DNA of 64,000 bases from a virus, in the IMG/VR virus record IMGVR_UViG_3300015202_000004, positions 83,943 through 147,942 of that record; one strand, written 5' to 3'. Positions 52,528 through 62,527 of the stretch are shown in pieces. The first letter of the stretch is position 1. Each line of letters opens with the position of its first letter. A model generated the notes under the pieces. The model ran no database searches. It was not told the DNA's origin and saw nothing but the letters and a program-made list of their open reading frames with translations. The position numbers and the translations under genes are program-made.

Positions 52528-52816
52528 ATGCTCTATTTAGTATACCACAAAAACCTCAGAAGTCAAGACCTAAGAATGTTCAACAATTAAATTGGGGGAA
52601 ATAAATTGAACGAAGTCTATATCTTCAGGCTTTTTTCCTTCCAAACTTTGAAGGAGCTTGTCGAAATAGGTTTCAGGGTCCTTAAAGATGTAGGTATAGA
52701 AAATGCTATCAGTATTTTCTAATGACTTCTTAATACCTGAATTGTCAAATTCCATATACCAATGACCGTTACTATGAGTTAGCGTTGCGATTGGGTAAGA
52801 ATTTCCACAGGATAAA

Positions 52817-53851
52817 TCAGGTAGATACTTTATTTGATACTTCATTAATCCAAGCCTTATCGTGGGTAATTTTTGTGTCGTAAATGCTAAATTCAATGAT
52901 GGTCTTATCAACTTCAAATCCTAACTCTTGAATATCCATTTTTAGAAATTCAACAACGTTTTCAAAATCTTCTTTATAAGCATCGTATGAACGCAATGTC
53001 ATCATTATTATATAACGTTTTTTATCAATTCTTTTAAACATATTACGGGAAAGATGGGCATCGTATCTAGTAGCTAAATCCTTTAACAATTCAATACTTG
53101 GTGGAACTCCATAAGGAATAAAGGCTGCGCCACTTCGGCAAAGACGTTCCCATTGTAACGATTCTTCAAGCGTCATAGGTTCTTCTACAACAACTGCCAA
53201 ATGGCTTTCAAAATAACAATCTTTTGGCATTGTTTCTGGTCCAAATTGACTAGATGGCGCTGCCGGATGCCAAGGCACTGTTTCAATCTTACTTCTAACT
53301 ACTGAAATTCCCGCTTCAGTCAAAGCCCTGTTTACACGCTCTACTTCAGCATATGCTTTCTGATTGTTACCAAATAAAACAGACGAAGTTTGCACATCCT
53401 CTAGTAAAACGTTCCCCGCTCTACTTTGAAGGTCCAAGATAATTGGTTTTACTCCAATTTCATTACAAACTTTTTTGAAATGCTCACATTCAACATTTTC
53501 AACAGTAATGTGAATCTCATAAGGGATGTTATCATGGTTTTTAATAGCGTCTTCTTTAACTTGAAGAGAACGCCACTTAGCAGACTTTTTGACTATCATT
53601 GATTCAATTTCGTCAGTTGTAAATCCAACGTCATATGCACAACTTATAGCACACAAAATTGTATCAACCGCTTCGTTAAGAACTGATTCTCTTTCAACGA
53701 ATTGATGAATTGCACCTGGCTGATTCGTATAAGCTAAAACAACCTTGGCTAAATCTCCTGCTTCGTTTGAAGTCTTTAAAGCCTTACCTGTTAGGTCTTT
53801 TTTGTCTTCGCTCGAAAGAAATTTTATGTAGTCAAAGATTTTTTTATTCAT
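52817..53851 (-). CDS. MazG-like domain fused to an unknown domain
   Basis: NEAGDLA..NEAVD N-terminal region; YEIHITV / FESHL C-terminal region. Confidence 0.55.
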   Translation of the reverse strand: MNKKIFDYIKFLSSEDKKDLTGKALKTSNEAGDLAKVVLAYTNQPGAIHQFVERESVLNEAVDTILCAISCAYDVGFTTDEIESMIVKKSAKWRSLQVKEDAIKNHDNIPYEIHITVENVECEHFKKVCNEIGVKPIILDLQSRAGNVLLEDVQTSSVLFGNNQKAYAEVERVNRALTEAGISVVRSKIETVPWHPAAPSSQFGPETMPKDCYFESHLAVVVEEPMTLEESLQWERLCRSGAAFIPYGVPPSIELLKDLATRYDAHLSRNMFKRIDKKRYIIMMTLRSYDAYKEDFENVVEFLKMDIQELGFEVDKTIIEFSIYDTKITHDKAWINEVSNKVST

Positions 53852-54337
53852 TTAGCTTCCTTGTCTGTTTTTAATTTAGCACGGTCAGATACAATTTTTT
53901 CTTCGCAAGCTTTAATGATGAATTCTTCAATAGTCTCGCGAGTTTTTAAACACGCTTCAAGAATTAAAAGATAAAGTTTACGGTCAATTTCAAGTTGAAT
54001 AGTTACGTATTTTTTATTTATATTAAACTCGCACGTATTCGATGATTTTTACTTCTTTAGGTGCCACTTCAAAACATTGAACATTGCCAACTTCATATTC
54101 AAAAGGTCTTTCACCTATCGCATCGCCTGTATTTTTACGATAGTCAACCTGATAATATTTATTATCGGGACTTCTAAAAACCATTGTATAAATGTTGGCC
54201 CAACGTGTGGAGCCCGTTTCCTTTTCTTCCACCTTGATATAATCTTCATTCTCATCCCAAACTATTTCTCTTAATACTCCGGGTGACAATTTAATGGTTG
54301 CCATCTTTATTCTCTTTTTCTAGAAGGTTAAAAATTT

Positions 54338-54425
54338 TGGTGAGACGAGTGGGACTCGCACCCACGTTGAGGAATTACCCTGTCGGTTTAAAAAACCGCT
54401 GCACTCGCTACTTAGCTACCGTCTC
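54338..54425 (-). tRNA. tRNA-Lys(TTT) with long variable arm and atypical elbow
   Basis: GCGGT-TTTTTAA-ACCGA; 17-nt V region; T loop TGCGAGT; CCA. Confidence 0.7.
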
Positions 54426-54430
54426 ATATT

Positions 54431-54505
54431 TGGTGCGCCCGGTGGGACTTAAACCCACAACCAATCCGTTAAAAGCGGATTGCTCTATCATTGAGCTACA
54501 GGCAC
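54431..54505 (-). tRNA. tRNA-Lys(TTT)
   Basis: ATCCG-CTTTTAA-CGGAT; A19:U56. Confidence 0.85.
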
Positions 54506-54506
54506 A

Positions 54507-54581
54507 TGGTGGATTAGGTGGGTACTGCCCCCACATAGACTTGCTTAAGAGGCAAGCACATTACTTGTCTGCCACTAATCC
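54507..54581 (-). tRNA. tRNA-Lys(CTT), atypical elbow
   Basis: CTTGC-CTCTTAA-GCAAG; T loop GGCAGTA. Confidence 0.75.
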
Positions 54582-54586
54582 AGAAT

Positions 54587-54958
54587 TTAAAATGTTCCCC
54601 AGAATTTTTTACCTGGCAGTTCTTCAGACCAAGCGCTGTCGAAATAGCAGTTGTCAGATGCCGTTTCAAATAAAGGTGCGATTTCTTCTTTTGTGAATCC
54701 TGCTAATCCACAACCAATTTGTGTCACTTGGAATTCTAATTCAGGATTTAATTTAGCGTAAATAACAAAATCATCTACGTATCGTTTTACATCTTCAACT
54801 TCAAGAGAATAAAGTTCCTCGTCTTTTGTAGGAATAGCATAGCTATTACCATAATGACCGATGCCTTTTCCCAAGATAGCGCCATGTTTTTCACGAGCAA
54901 CTTTAGCTGCACCCGCACCGTGAACTCCTCGTTTATTACTTCCAAAGACAAAAATCAT
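54587..54958 (-). CDS. macro-domain-like phage protein
   Basis: IFVFGSN..GVHGAGAA..YAIPTK..TQIGCGLAG. Confidence 0.65.
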   Translation of the reverse strand: MIFVFGSNKRGVHGAGAAKVAREKHGAILGKGIGHYGNSYAIPTKDEELYSLEVEDVKRYVDDFVIYAKLNPELEFQVTQIGCGLAGFTKEEIAPLFETASDNCYFDSAWSEELPGKKFWGTF

Positions 54959-55323
54959 TTTGAATAATACTCGTTGCTTTCTTTAATCATTTTAGCTAGC
55001 GTCTCGTCGTCAATCATGCCTTCAAAATAATGTTTAATTTTATCTTCAGACATTGGTTCTACTTTTGGAAAGTCAGGTTCATTGTCGCCATAAATCCAAA
55101 TTATTTCACAACCATGACCATCGGATTTTTTGCGTAACTTCAACCAATTTTGGATTGGCTGGTCAGTTTTAATGCCCCAGGAAATTTGCCATAAACCGAT
55201 TGATTCAAAAATTTCAGAAAAAGTATTGCGCCAACCAAAAGTGCATGGCATCCATGTTTGACAAAAGCAATGGCATTTATTGAAATGTTGTAAGATTTTT
55301 TGAAAGTCATTCATAATTTTTAA

Positions 55324-55390
55324 TGCTAGGTATGGGATTCGAACCGCATATCTTGTGGCCTTAGCTGTTTTACCGTTAAACTAACCGGGC
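55324..55390 (-). pseudogene. tRNA remnant lacking an anticodon arm
   Basis: D arm GTTT-AACGGTA-AAAC and TTCGAAT T loop present, anticodon arm collapsed. Confidence 0.5.
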
Positions 55391-55395
55391 ATATT

Positions 55396-55471
55396 TGTCC
55401 TGGTGGCGTGACTTGAACACGCGACCCCGAGCTTATAAAGCCCGCGCTCTAACCAACTGAGCTACACCAGG
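55396..55471 (-). tRNA. tRNA-Ile(TAT)
   Basis: CGGGC-TTTATAA-GCTCG, canonical D and T arms, A73. Confidence 0.85.
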
Positions 55472-55583
55472 ATGACTTTATTATTGTATCACTTTTTTTT
55501 ATTTAAGTCAAGACCCATTTCGTTATATTTGCACCCTTGTTTACTCCTATATATAATTAATGCTTTAATATATAGGAGCTTAT

Positions 55584-55900
55584 ATGGGAATTAAATACAC
55601 CAACCAAGAGTTCGTATCAGCAGTTGAAAATTCATTAACAATCGCTGAAGTTTTACGTAAATTAGGTTTGAAACCAATGGGAACAAATTATAAAACTGTA
55701 AAAAATACAGTAATTAAATTAGGCTTAGATATTTCACATTATACTGGAAAATCACATGGGAAATCTCGCAGTTTAGGTCCGAAAAAATAGATTTAGAAAA
55801 AATTCTTGTTGAAAATAGTACTTACACTAGTTCTTCTTCTTTGCGAAAAAGATTGATTGATGGGAGTAACTGACAATGCTATTCGCAAACACATCAAACA
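55584..55900 (+). pseudogene. HNH endonuclease pseudogene
   Basis: N terminus resembles the 11124 HNH; frameshift at A tract ~55782; HNH core absent; tail GVTDNAIRKHIK. Confidence 0.6.
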
Positions 55901-56074
55901 AAAAGCCCCACTTCGTTAGAAGCAGGGCTTGATTTATATTTTCTGACTACACTTAATCAGGCAATACAAATCCAAGCCCCGCCCGTTTAGACGAAGATGA
56001 TATGGATTTCTTTGCTGAAGATAAAATGCTCATGTCTATTATTATACTACACTTTCAGAAAAATAGCAATAGGA

Positions 56075-56827
56075 CTATGCTTTTACGGTGAAAATACTTG
56101 TTGGGAAGCTGGTTGCGTTGTAAGGCAAGAAAGCCATACCGCTATAGGCCCAAGTATCCGACCAGTTATTCATAACAATAAATGCGCCCTTACTGTTGTC
56201 CATGTTTACAAAATGGTCGAGGTAACCAATGATGGAAACACAATGGCCTCCAGCAGATGTGGTTCCGGCGCTTTGCAATCTACCATCGTTGCCTGGGTTC
56301 ATCCATTCGTTTTGCCAATCAATACCAATGACCAAAGGACCATGCTTGTATATAGCTGTACGCATTAAATTAACGTCAGGATTTACGGTAACGAAGTCCT
56401 GGAACAAGAAGTCCTTGTGCTTAATATTATCTTGAACTGGACGTAGACATTCTTCGAATTTATCTGTCAAATAAGGCAAATCCTTATCATACACATAAAA
56501 CTGCTTAACAATATTTAAGCCATCTGATACTTGTAAGCCGTCATCGGTCTTATCAGTTGGATAATATTCAGATTTAGCAACAGAGAAAATTCCGGTTGCT
56601 GAAATAAGGATATCATGACCCTTACGCTTACGGTAGAAGAATTCAAAAACTTTTTTAACACAGAAAGCAACACAGGTGCCGAAAGGGCCTTGGTCGTCAA
56701 CGTGTGGGTAAACATAAAAATAATTAACGGATGGAGGCAACTTGGAAAGCATATTCAAATCAGGCATAAACTTTTCAAAAGTTTCATACAATGGGTCAAC
56801 TAAACTTTTTAATCCAAATGATTTCAT
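56075..56827 (-). CDS. papain-family (C1A) cysteine peptidase
   Basis: DQGPFGTCVAF, GGHCV, NNWSDTW. Confidence 0.85.
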   Translation of the reverse strand: MKSFGLKSLVDPLYETFEKFMPDLNMLSKLPPSVNYFYVYPHVDDQGPFGTCVAFCVKKVFEFFYRKRKGHDILISATGIFSVAKSEYYPTDKTDDGLQVSDGLNIVKQFYVYDKDLPYLTDKFEECLRPVQDNIKHKDFLFQDFVTVNPDVNLMRTAIYKHGPLVIGIDWQNEWMNPGNDGRLQSAGTTSAGGHCVSIIGYLDHFVNMDNSKGAFIVMNNWSDTWAYSGMAFLPYNATSFPTSIFTVKA

Positions 56828-56900
56828 TATTACTCCTAATAAATAAAAGAGAAGCAGTTTTTAACTACTCCTCTCTTTATATTAGTACTTAATTTTGATA

Positions 56901-57326
56901 TTAGAACAAACGTGTGGTGACTGAAGCGCCAACGTACTTATTGGTACGGCTCTGACCTGGAAGGTCAAGATTCATATTCAAAGATGTACCCGTTTCAACA
57001 GTAGCAGAAGTTACTCGGCTAAGGTGCAAGGTTGCGCCAAGGTCATAAGAATTGGCCGAATAAGCAAGTGCCGGAACACGAATGCTTGTAGAACGGTTCA
57101 AATCTGATTCTGCGTAGTCCGCATATACAGAGATATGCTTGCCAAGGTCGCTAGAAATACGAGCGGAACCTTGAAGTACGTTCGTTTGATTACGAACTAA
57201 ATTAGCAGTAGATAAATAGCCTGCTGTTACATCAAGATGCACAACGGGCTTATCGGCTGCTTTTGCTGGGGTTGAGATTGCAACTACGGCTAAAGCCGCA
57301 ACTACGATTAATGCCTTGATATTCAT
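56901..57326 (-). CDS. outer-membrane beta-barrel-like protein
   Basis: Signal peptide (AKA), amphipathic strands, terminal YVGASVTTRLF. Confidence 0.6.
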   Translation of the reverse strand: MNIKALIVVAALAVVAISTPAKAADKPVVHLDVTAGYLSTANLVRNQTNVLQGSARISSDLGKHISVYADYAESDLNRSTSIRVPALAYSANSYDLGATLHLSRVTSATVETGTSLNMNLDLPGQSRTNKYVGASVTTRLF

Positions 57327-57456
57327 ATAAAAATTTTACTCCTATTTTTATTGGTATTTAAATGTTGCGGCCATACGTTAGGTGCAGGCCGTAACCTTAC
57401 ATCTAACAGTATAGCACACTCTGGGTTATTTTGTCAACCTAGATTGAGGTAATTAA

Positions 57457-59193
57457 TTATCGGGTCAAAACCGGATACAATTCCGCAATTTTTTTGACCG
57501 CACTACGCGGGTCGCCTTCGTATGAAGCCATTAGGTCAAAGATTTTCTCCGACCAGCCACCGATTTGTGCTACACGAGATTCACGGTCAAAGTTTGACGT
57601 GTTACCGCCAGTTAGATTGATTTCGTATAGGTAAGGTGTAGTTTCGCCGTTGGTTGTGCCCTGAACCCACGTTGCATACTTCTTCCATAGCTCGTTCAAG
57701 GACTGGCCGTAACCGTAAGAATTGTAGCATTGTGTGTCCGTGAAATACATAACACGGTTGGTGACAATTCTGTTATTGATTAGATAATCAAGGATTGTCC
57801 ACGCATTGGTTGACATACCAACCTTGCCAACAAGGTTGCCAATTGCATTTGCGGTATCAAGAATGTTTGCTGACGGGGTTACCGTATCAAACGTTGTACC
57901 GAATGCCGAAGCAATACCATCTTCAGATAGATGACTTGCCATTGCTGCCATTACAGTAGCAATTTCTTTCATCGTAACTGATGACTTGTCGTTTAGACGC
58001 GAGTCCATAGAACCCGAAACGTCTGCCGCGACAAGGGTACGACCTGTGAATTTTGGAATATTCGAAACCGAGTGGTTAAGAGCAATACTAAGCGCTTGAC
58101 GTAGTAGAGCCTTTGAATCACCCTTTGCAGGCTGATTCCACTTCGCGAACATGTCGCGATTCGAGTCCGCATAACTGTAGTATCGTAACGCATACTCTTC
58201 GCCCTCGATTGCCTTCATTGCTGAAAGGAATCGGAATGGAAGTTGCTTCGACTTCAATACTTCTTCTTTGCTCGTCAACTTCGTAACAACGTCATCCATT
58301 GAAATGTCGTTCTTCAAAAAGTTGTTCAAGTTACGAAGTACGGCCATGTAACCCATGTTAGGTAGTACATACGACCAAGTTTCCTCGGTTGAACCAAACT
58401 TCGATATAACAGTTTCCCACGTTGCGTTTGACTCGCGAACCAATTCCTTTGCTTTCGCATCGAACTTAGTCATCTTCATCAAGGCATCACGAGCCGCCGT
58501 CATTGGAAGCAATGACTTGAAAGCAAGGTTGGTCAATGGGGCACGGTGACCCGATTCAACAATTACACCCTCTTCAGCAACGCCGCGAAGAATATAGTTG
58601 AATAGAGCAGCCTGAACCGCATCCTTCGGCTTTGGGTGAACCAAACGAAGAACGTCCTTTAGCTTGACCTTTTTGTTGTCCTGGTCGTACTTAACCATGC
58701 TGTACTCATTGAATTTGTTGAAAGCAATTTCAAGAGACGAACGCAAATTCATTGGTAGCTTATGGTTGCCCTTATTGACATGTAGCCAATAAGCAACTGC
58801 TTCGGTGATTTCGTCTGGACGACCGAAAACCTTAGAAGCCATAAGAGTAACGTCAATAGGATATGCTGCGCTCTTCGATTTGTTCGCATGCATCGCACGG
58901 ATGCCTTCTACGAATAGAATCATCGGGATGCTACGAAGGTGCATTTCATTACGCAAGTATGCAGCAAGTTGGAATACAAACGCCGGGTCCTGCTTCGCGA
59001 TTTTGTTTACAAGCGTGACAATATTAGTGTATTCCGCGTTAGCAGATACATAAAACTTATCACCCGCTCCGCCGCCAAGTGACGTGGATGCAGTAACGTA
59101 AAGCGCTGTTTTGTCATCAAGCGTATAAGCGTTGCCGCCTGCAAGATTGACCGTGCGTGAGGTATCGACGGCGTTGGTATTAAACTTTGACAT
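57457..59193 (-). CDS. rsr: Ro60-like TROVE + vWA protein
   Basis: NLAGGNAY, YLRNEMHLRS, LKDVLRLVHPKP, TWET, MAVLRNL, SKQLPFRF, DVSGSM (MIDAS), TD.Q. Confidence 0.92.
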   Translation of the reverse strand: MSKFNTNAVDTSRTVNLAGGNAYTLDDKTALYVTASTSLGGGAGDKFYVSANAEYTNIVTLVNKIAKQDPAFVFQLAAYLRNEMHLRSIPMILFVEGIRAMHANKSKSAAYPIDVTLMASKVFGRPDEITEAVAYWLHVNKGNHKLPMNLRSSLEIAFNKFNEYSMVKYDQDNKKVKLKDVLRLVHPKPKDAVQAALFNYILRGVAEEGVIVESGHRAPLTNLAFKSLLPMTAARDALMKMTKFDAKAKELVRESNATWETVISKFGSTEETWSYVLPNMGYMAVLRNLNNFLKNDISMDDVVTKLTSKEEVLKSKQLPFRFLSAMKAIEGEEYALRYYSYADSNRDMFAKWNQPAKGDSKALLRQALSIALNHSVSNIPKFTGRTLVAADVSGSMDSRLNDKSSVTMKEIATVMAAMASHLSEDGIASAFGTTFDTVTPSANILDTANAIGNLVGKVGMSTNAWTILDYLINNRIVTNRVMYFTDTQCYNSYGYGQSLNELWKKYATWVQGTTNGETTPYLYEINLTGGNTSNFDRESRVAQIGGWSEKIFDLMASYEGDPRSAVKKIAELYPVLTR

Positions 59194-59251
59194 TTTATTT
59201 CTCTCTCTTCTTTCGTTCTTTCTAGTTCCAGCCTCTAGTGGGCAAGAATTT

Positions 59252-59281
59252 ATTATATAACAGTTTGTAGGTTCCTGTCAA
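59252..59281 (-). promoter_or_regulatory. promoter of Ro60 gene
   Basis: TTGACA-N18-TATAAT. Confidence 0.65.
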
Positions 59282-59292
59282 CCTTTTGGGCA

Positions 59293-59321
59293 AAATAAAA
59301 AGCCTGGTGTTTCACCAAGCT
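59293..59321 (-). terminator. terminator of Y-RNA array
   Basis: AGCTTGGTG-AAA-CACCAGGCT-TTTT. Confidence 0.7.
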
Positions 59322-59338
59322 CGAAACGTTAATGATTC

Positions 59339-59490
59339 AATAAAATCTTAAGAGAAGGAGCGAATACAGTATTTTTCGGTGCTACCCTTACACTACATCG
59401 GCACATTTGGAACCGACGCCGGGAATCGAACCACGGACTCGTTCTTGGATATAGAAGTAACTGGAATTCTATGCAACTTAAGACTTTATT
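59339..59490 (-). ncRNA. Y RNA-like (YrlA-type) unit 5
   Basis: Terminal stem GTCTTAAG/CTTAAGAT; TTGCAT and GTTACTTC motifs; T arm, closed acceptor stem, D arm. Confidence 0.8.
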
Positions 59491-59500
59491 CAATTTTTAA

Positions 59501-59650
59501 AGTTTCGAGAGTAAAAGCGATAACAGTTTAAGTATTTCTACTGTTAGTTAGTCTTTCGATTAACCCTGCTAGGGTTTGAACCTAGCTCGCAAGTCCTTTT
59601 GAAGGATTTGTTTCATTCGAAGTAACTGTTTATCTGTGCAACTCGAAATT
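59501..59650 (-). ncRNA. Y RNA-like unit 4
   Basis: Terminal stem TTTCGAG/CTCGAAA; TTGCAC, GTTACTTC; T arm GCTAGG-TTCAAAC-CCTAGC. Confidence 0.75.
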
Positions 59651-59660
59651 ATTTTTATAG

Positions 59661-59790
59661 ACTAAGGAGAAGAAGCAATCTCAGAGATTTTACGTGCTAC
59701 CACTACACTACGTATCCGAGGATACGCCGGGATTCGAACCCGGCCTGGTCTTGTTATATAAGAAGTAACTGAAATTTGTGCAACCTTAGT
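59661..59790 (-). ncRNA. Y RNA-like (YrlA-type) unit 3
   Basis: ACTAAGG/CCTTAGT; GCCGGG-TTCGAAT-CCCGGC, GTATCC-TC-GGATAC, GTAGTGTAGTGGTAGCAC. Confidence 0.85.
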
Positions 59791-59800
59791 TGATTTTTTA

Positions 59801-59946
59801 GTTTAGTGAGAAGAAGCGCTTACGGTCTTTTTGAGACTCCTGCTCTACCACTGAGCTATTCAGGCATATGTTGCCCGAAGCGGGATTCGAACACCGCGAC
59901 CATGAGTGTGTTAATGAAGTATCCGATAAACTGTGCAACACCAAAC
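59801..59946 (-). ncRNA. Y RNA-like (YrlA-type) unit 2
   Basis: GTTTGGTG/CACTAAAC; TTCGAAT T loop, TTCGGGCA/TGCCTGAA, TAGCTCAGTGGTAGAGCA. Confidence 0.85.
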
Positions 59947-59963
59947 GTGTTTTTAAACTTTTC

Positions 59964-60044
59964 CAAAGAACTTGGGAGAAGAAGGCGCGGGCGGAGTTTT
60001 TCTTAACATGAAGTATCCGAACGCTGTGCAACCCAAGGACTTTG
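59964..60044 (-). ncRNA. minimal Y RNA-like unit 1 (no tRNA domain)
   Basis: CAAAGTCCTTGGG/CCCAAGTTCTTTG stem with TTGCAC, GATACTTC and CTTCTTCTC motifs only. Confidence 0.7.
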
Positions 60045-60143
60045 TTTAGTTATACATTTTATTCTAGTACAAAGCGCTGAGTTTGCCAACGCTTTTGTAA
60101 AGGATTAGCAAACTTTGTTTATTCGCTTGCTTAACTTTTTCGT

Positions 60144-60172
60144 AGTATATCACATGAAGGGCAACAAGTCAA
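60144..60172 (-). promoter_or_regulatory. promoter of Y-RNA array
   Basis: TTGACT-N17-TATACT. Confidence 0.7.
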
Positions 60173-60722
60173 GGACCTTAATACCAACTTTGATTAGAAA
60201 TTTTTGTCAAAGTCGGTTCACTAGTCGAAATGACTACCCTATTATACTCCAGAGGCAGAACTGAATAATTATTGCATACGTCAACTTCTATCATTATAAG
60301 CACGTCAAAATTATTAGTTTCTGGCATCTGAATGATGTTCCCTTGGCAATGAGCGCCACCGTAAATGAAATCTACACGGTCGCCCAGAAAATAAACGCCA
60401 GAGGAAGCTTGGTTAAAGGTATCGTAGTGCATAATTATACCAATCTAAAACAAAAGTCTTTTGTAAAGATATTATGCAAAATATACGATTATGTCTCTAC
60501 CAAAGTTTTGGAATATTGTTTTTTTCACAATATTTAATGATAAGCATCAGTTTTAATTCTTGTCGAGTGCCTTTAAAAGGCATATGAGGTGTTATATTGT
60601 TATCATTAAATTCAGTGCCGCTATGAGCATCTTCTATATGACCTAACCAATAGTACTTTTCTGGTTTTCCATTTACGTAAAGACGATACAGGCTAGAATT
60701 CTTTTGAAGTTTAAAACTAAAT

Positions 60723-62171
60723 TTAGGTATTGACTTTTCTGAGTAATCCGTCCGCAACTAAAATCCCCTGAATTGCCGCTTGGTTAAGTCCTCTTGTCCA
60801 ACCTGAACCGTCGCCTGCAACATATAAATTGTCTACAATCGTCATGCTATCGCTGTCAATAGCAACCTTATTACTAAAGAACTTCGCTTCAAGAGCATAC
60901 ATCAAAGTGTAATCCGAGGCAATACCTGGTAAAACATTATCCATCGCCTGAAGCATTTCATCAATTGCATACATTTGGCGATATGGAAGGGCCAAAGCAA
61001 TGTCGCCTGCCACTGCTGAAGAAAGCGATGGGACTAATGCACCTTCAGTAATTCGCTTATCGGTACTACGACGACCAGATTTAAAATCGCCATACCGTTG
61101 CACAAGAACATTACCACCGGATAACATGTTCGCCATTTTCGCGAACCCTTCGGCATACCCGTGAGGGTCATTGAAAGGTTCACTAAACGTCTTCGTAACC
61201 AAAAGGGCAAAATTGGTGTTCTCAGATTTTTTATCAGCATATGAATGTCCATTTACCAGTTTAATTCCTGTATCACGATATTCTTCAACCGCGACATAGC
61301 CACTATCGCACCAGCAAAATGTTCTCACTTTATCATCAAACTTAGGTGAACGATAAAGCATTTTAGGCTCGTAAATACCATTCTTCAGAAGCTTTTTGGT
61401 AATGACGTTAGGGACTTCTACTCGGACGCCAATATCAACTCCATTATTTAGCAACGGAATATTAAAGCTACTCATTGCCTTTCGGAAGAAATGACCACCA
61501 CTTCTACCAATTGATACTAAAACGTTTTGTGCGGTATACCTGTTGTTGTGAGAGTTGTTGTGCCCATCATCTGCATCAAAATCAGTTCCCAAAATGGTTC
61601 GAATATTAAAAGTATCATCAGTATTTTTATCAATAAATTCAACTTCTGCATTCAAAACAATCTCAACGCCATTGTCAACAAGATACTTGTACATGATATT
61701 CGTTGAGTCCAACATGTTGTCCGTACCTAAGTGACGAATGTTATATGTTTCAAGCTCCATGTGGTTGGCTAAGGCCAAAGCTCTCATGTTCAAAGCTTCA
61801 TCGCCAGGAACAAACATTCGCGATTCAACATCGGCCCGATGATTTAATGCTTGGCGAATCTTACGCTGTTCTTCCGTGGGCGAATAATCAAGCCACATCT
61901 GGTCTTGTTCTTCTAACAATTCTTGGTAACGAGCAAGCCCGGTTTTTTCATAAATGGTGCCGCCGACCTTGTGAGTCATGTTGACTTTACCGTCGCTATG
62001 TGCGCCTGCACCAGCGAAACCTTCGGTCAAGCTATCATCTTTACCACCAGAGCGAAGTTCGCCTTTATCCAAGATAATGATGTTTTTGTAGCCATTTCTA
62101 ACAAGCTTTAACGCGCAAAATAAACCAGAAGGACCAGCGCCTACAATGGCTAAATCATATACTTTTGACAT
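60723..62171 (-). CDS. FAD-dependent oxidoreductase
   Basis: VGAGPSG, GAGAHSDGK, RHLGTD, DIGVRVE, VRTFC, AGDGSG. Confidence 0.85.
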   Translation of the reverse strand: MSKVYDLAIVGAGPSGLFCALKLVRNGYKNIIILDKGELRSGGKDDSLTEGFAGAGAHSDGKVNMTHKVGGTIYEKTGLARYQELLEEQDQMWLDYSPTEEQRKIRQALNHRADVESRMFVPGDEALNMRALALANHMELETYNIRHLGTDNMLDSTNIMYKYLVDNGVEIVLNAEVEFIDKNTDDTFNIRTILGTDFDADDGHNNSHNNRYTAQNVLVSIGRSGGHFFRKAMSSFNIPLLNNGVDIGVRVEVPNVITKKLLKNGIYEPKMLYRSPKFDDKVRTFCWCDSGYVAVEEYRDTGIKLVNGHSYADKKSENTNFALLVTKTFSEPFNDPHGYAEGFAKMANMLSGGNVLVQRYGDFKSGRRSTDKRITEGALVPSLSSAVAGDIALALPYRQMYAIDEMLQAMDNVLPGIASDYTLMYALEAKFFSNKVAIDSDSMTIVDNLYVAGDGSGWTRGLNQAAIQGILVADGLLRKVNT

Positions 62172-62527
62172 TATTTTTCTTCACTCTGCAATTTCTGAAA
62201 TAGGTCGAAAATGCCTTTTTCATACGTCCAGTCGGTTGAATTAAATATATAATATTGAACCACTGAAATGCCAAGGCGTACTGCTGCATCGGAATGATGC
62301 TGACCGTTAATAAGCCAATAAGAACCATCAGGACGCATGGCTACAATGCCGCTATTGTAATCTTCTTTATCCCAATGCTTCATGTGGTGTAGAACTTTGT
62401 CTTCAATTCGGTTACGCTGATAGTTTTGATGGTCGTTATTTAAAATATTGGGGTCAATAGTGATTCTTCTTACGTTATGCACTCCAATATTTAAAGCTTT
62501 TGCATAGTAATCGCTTAAATCTTTCAT
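62171..62527 (-). CDS. ParB/Srx-like domain protein
   Basis: NYQR..YWLINGQHH. Confidence 0.5.
   Translation of the reverse strand: MKDLSDYYAKALNIGVHNVRRITIDPNILNNDHQNYQRNRIEDKVLHHMKHWDKEDYNSGIVAMRPDGSYWLINGQHHSDAAVRLGISVVQYYIFNSTDWTYEKGIFDLFQKLQSEEK

Noticed and set aside
59339-60044. CRISPR array or ordinary tRNA genes
   Set aside because: Repeated motifs are short and degenerate with unit lengths of 80-150 nt; arms are in permuted order with no anticodon or CCA; no cas genes.
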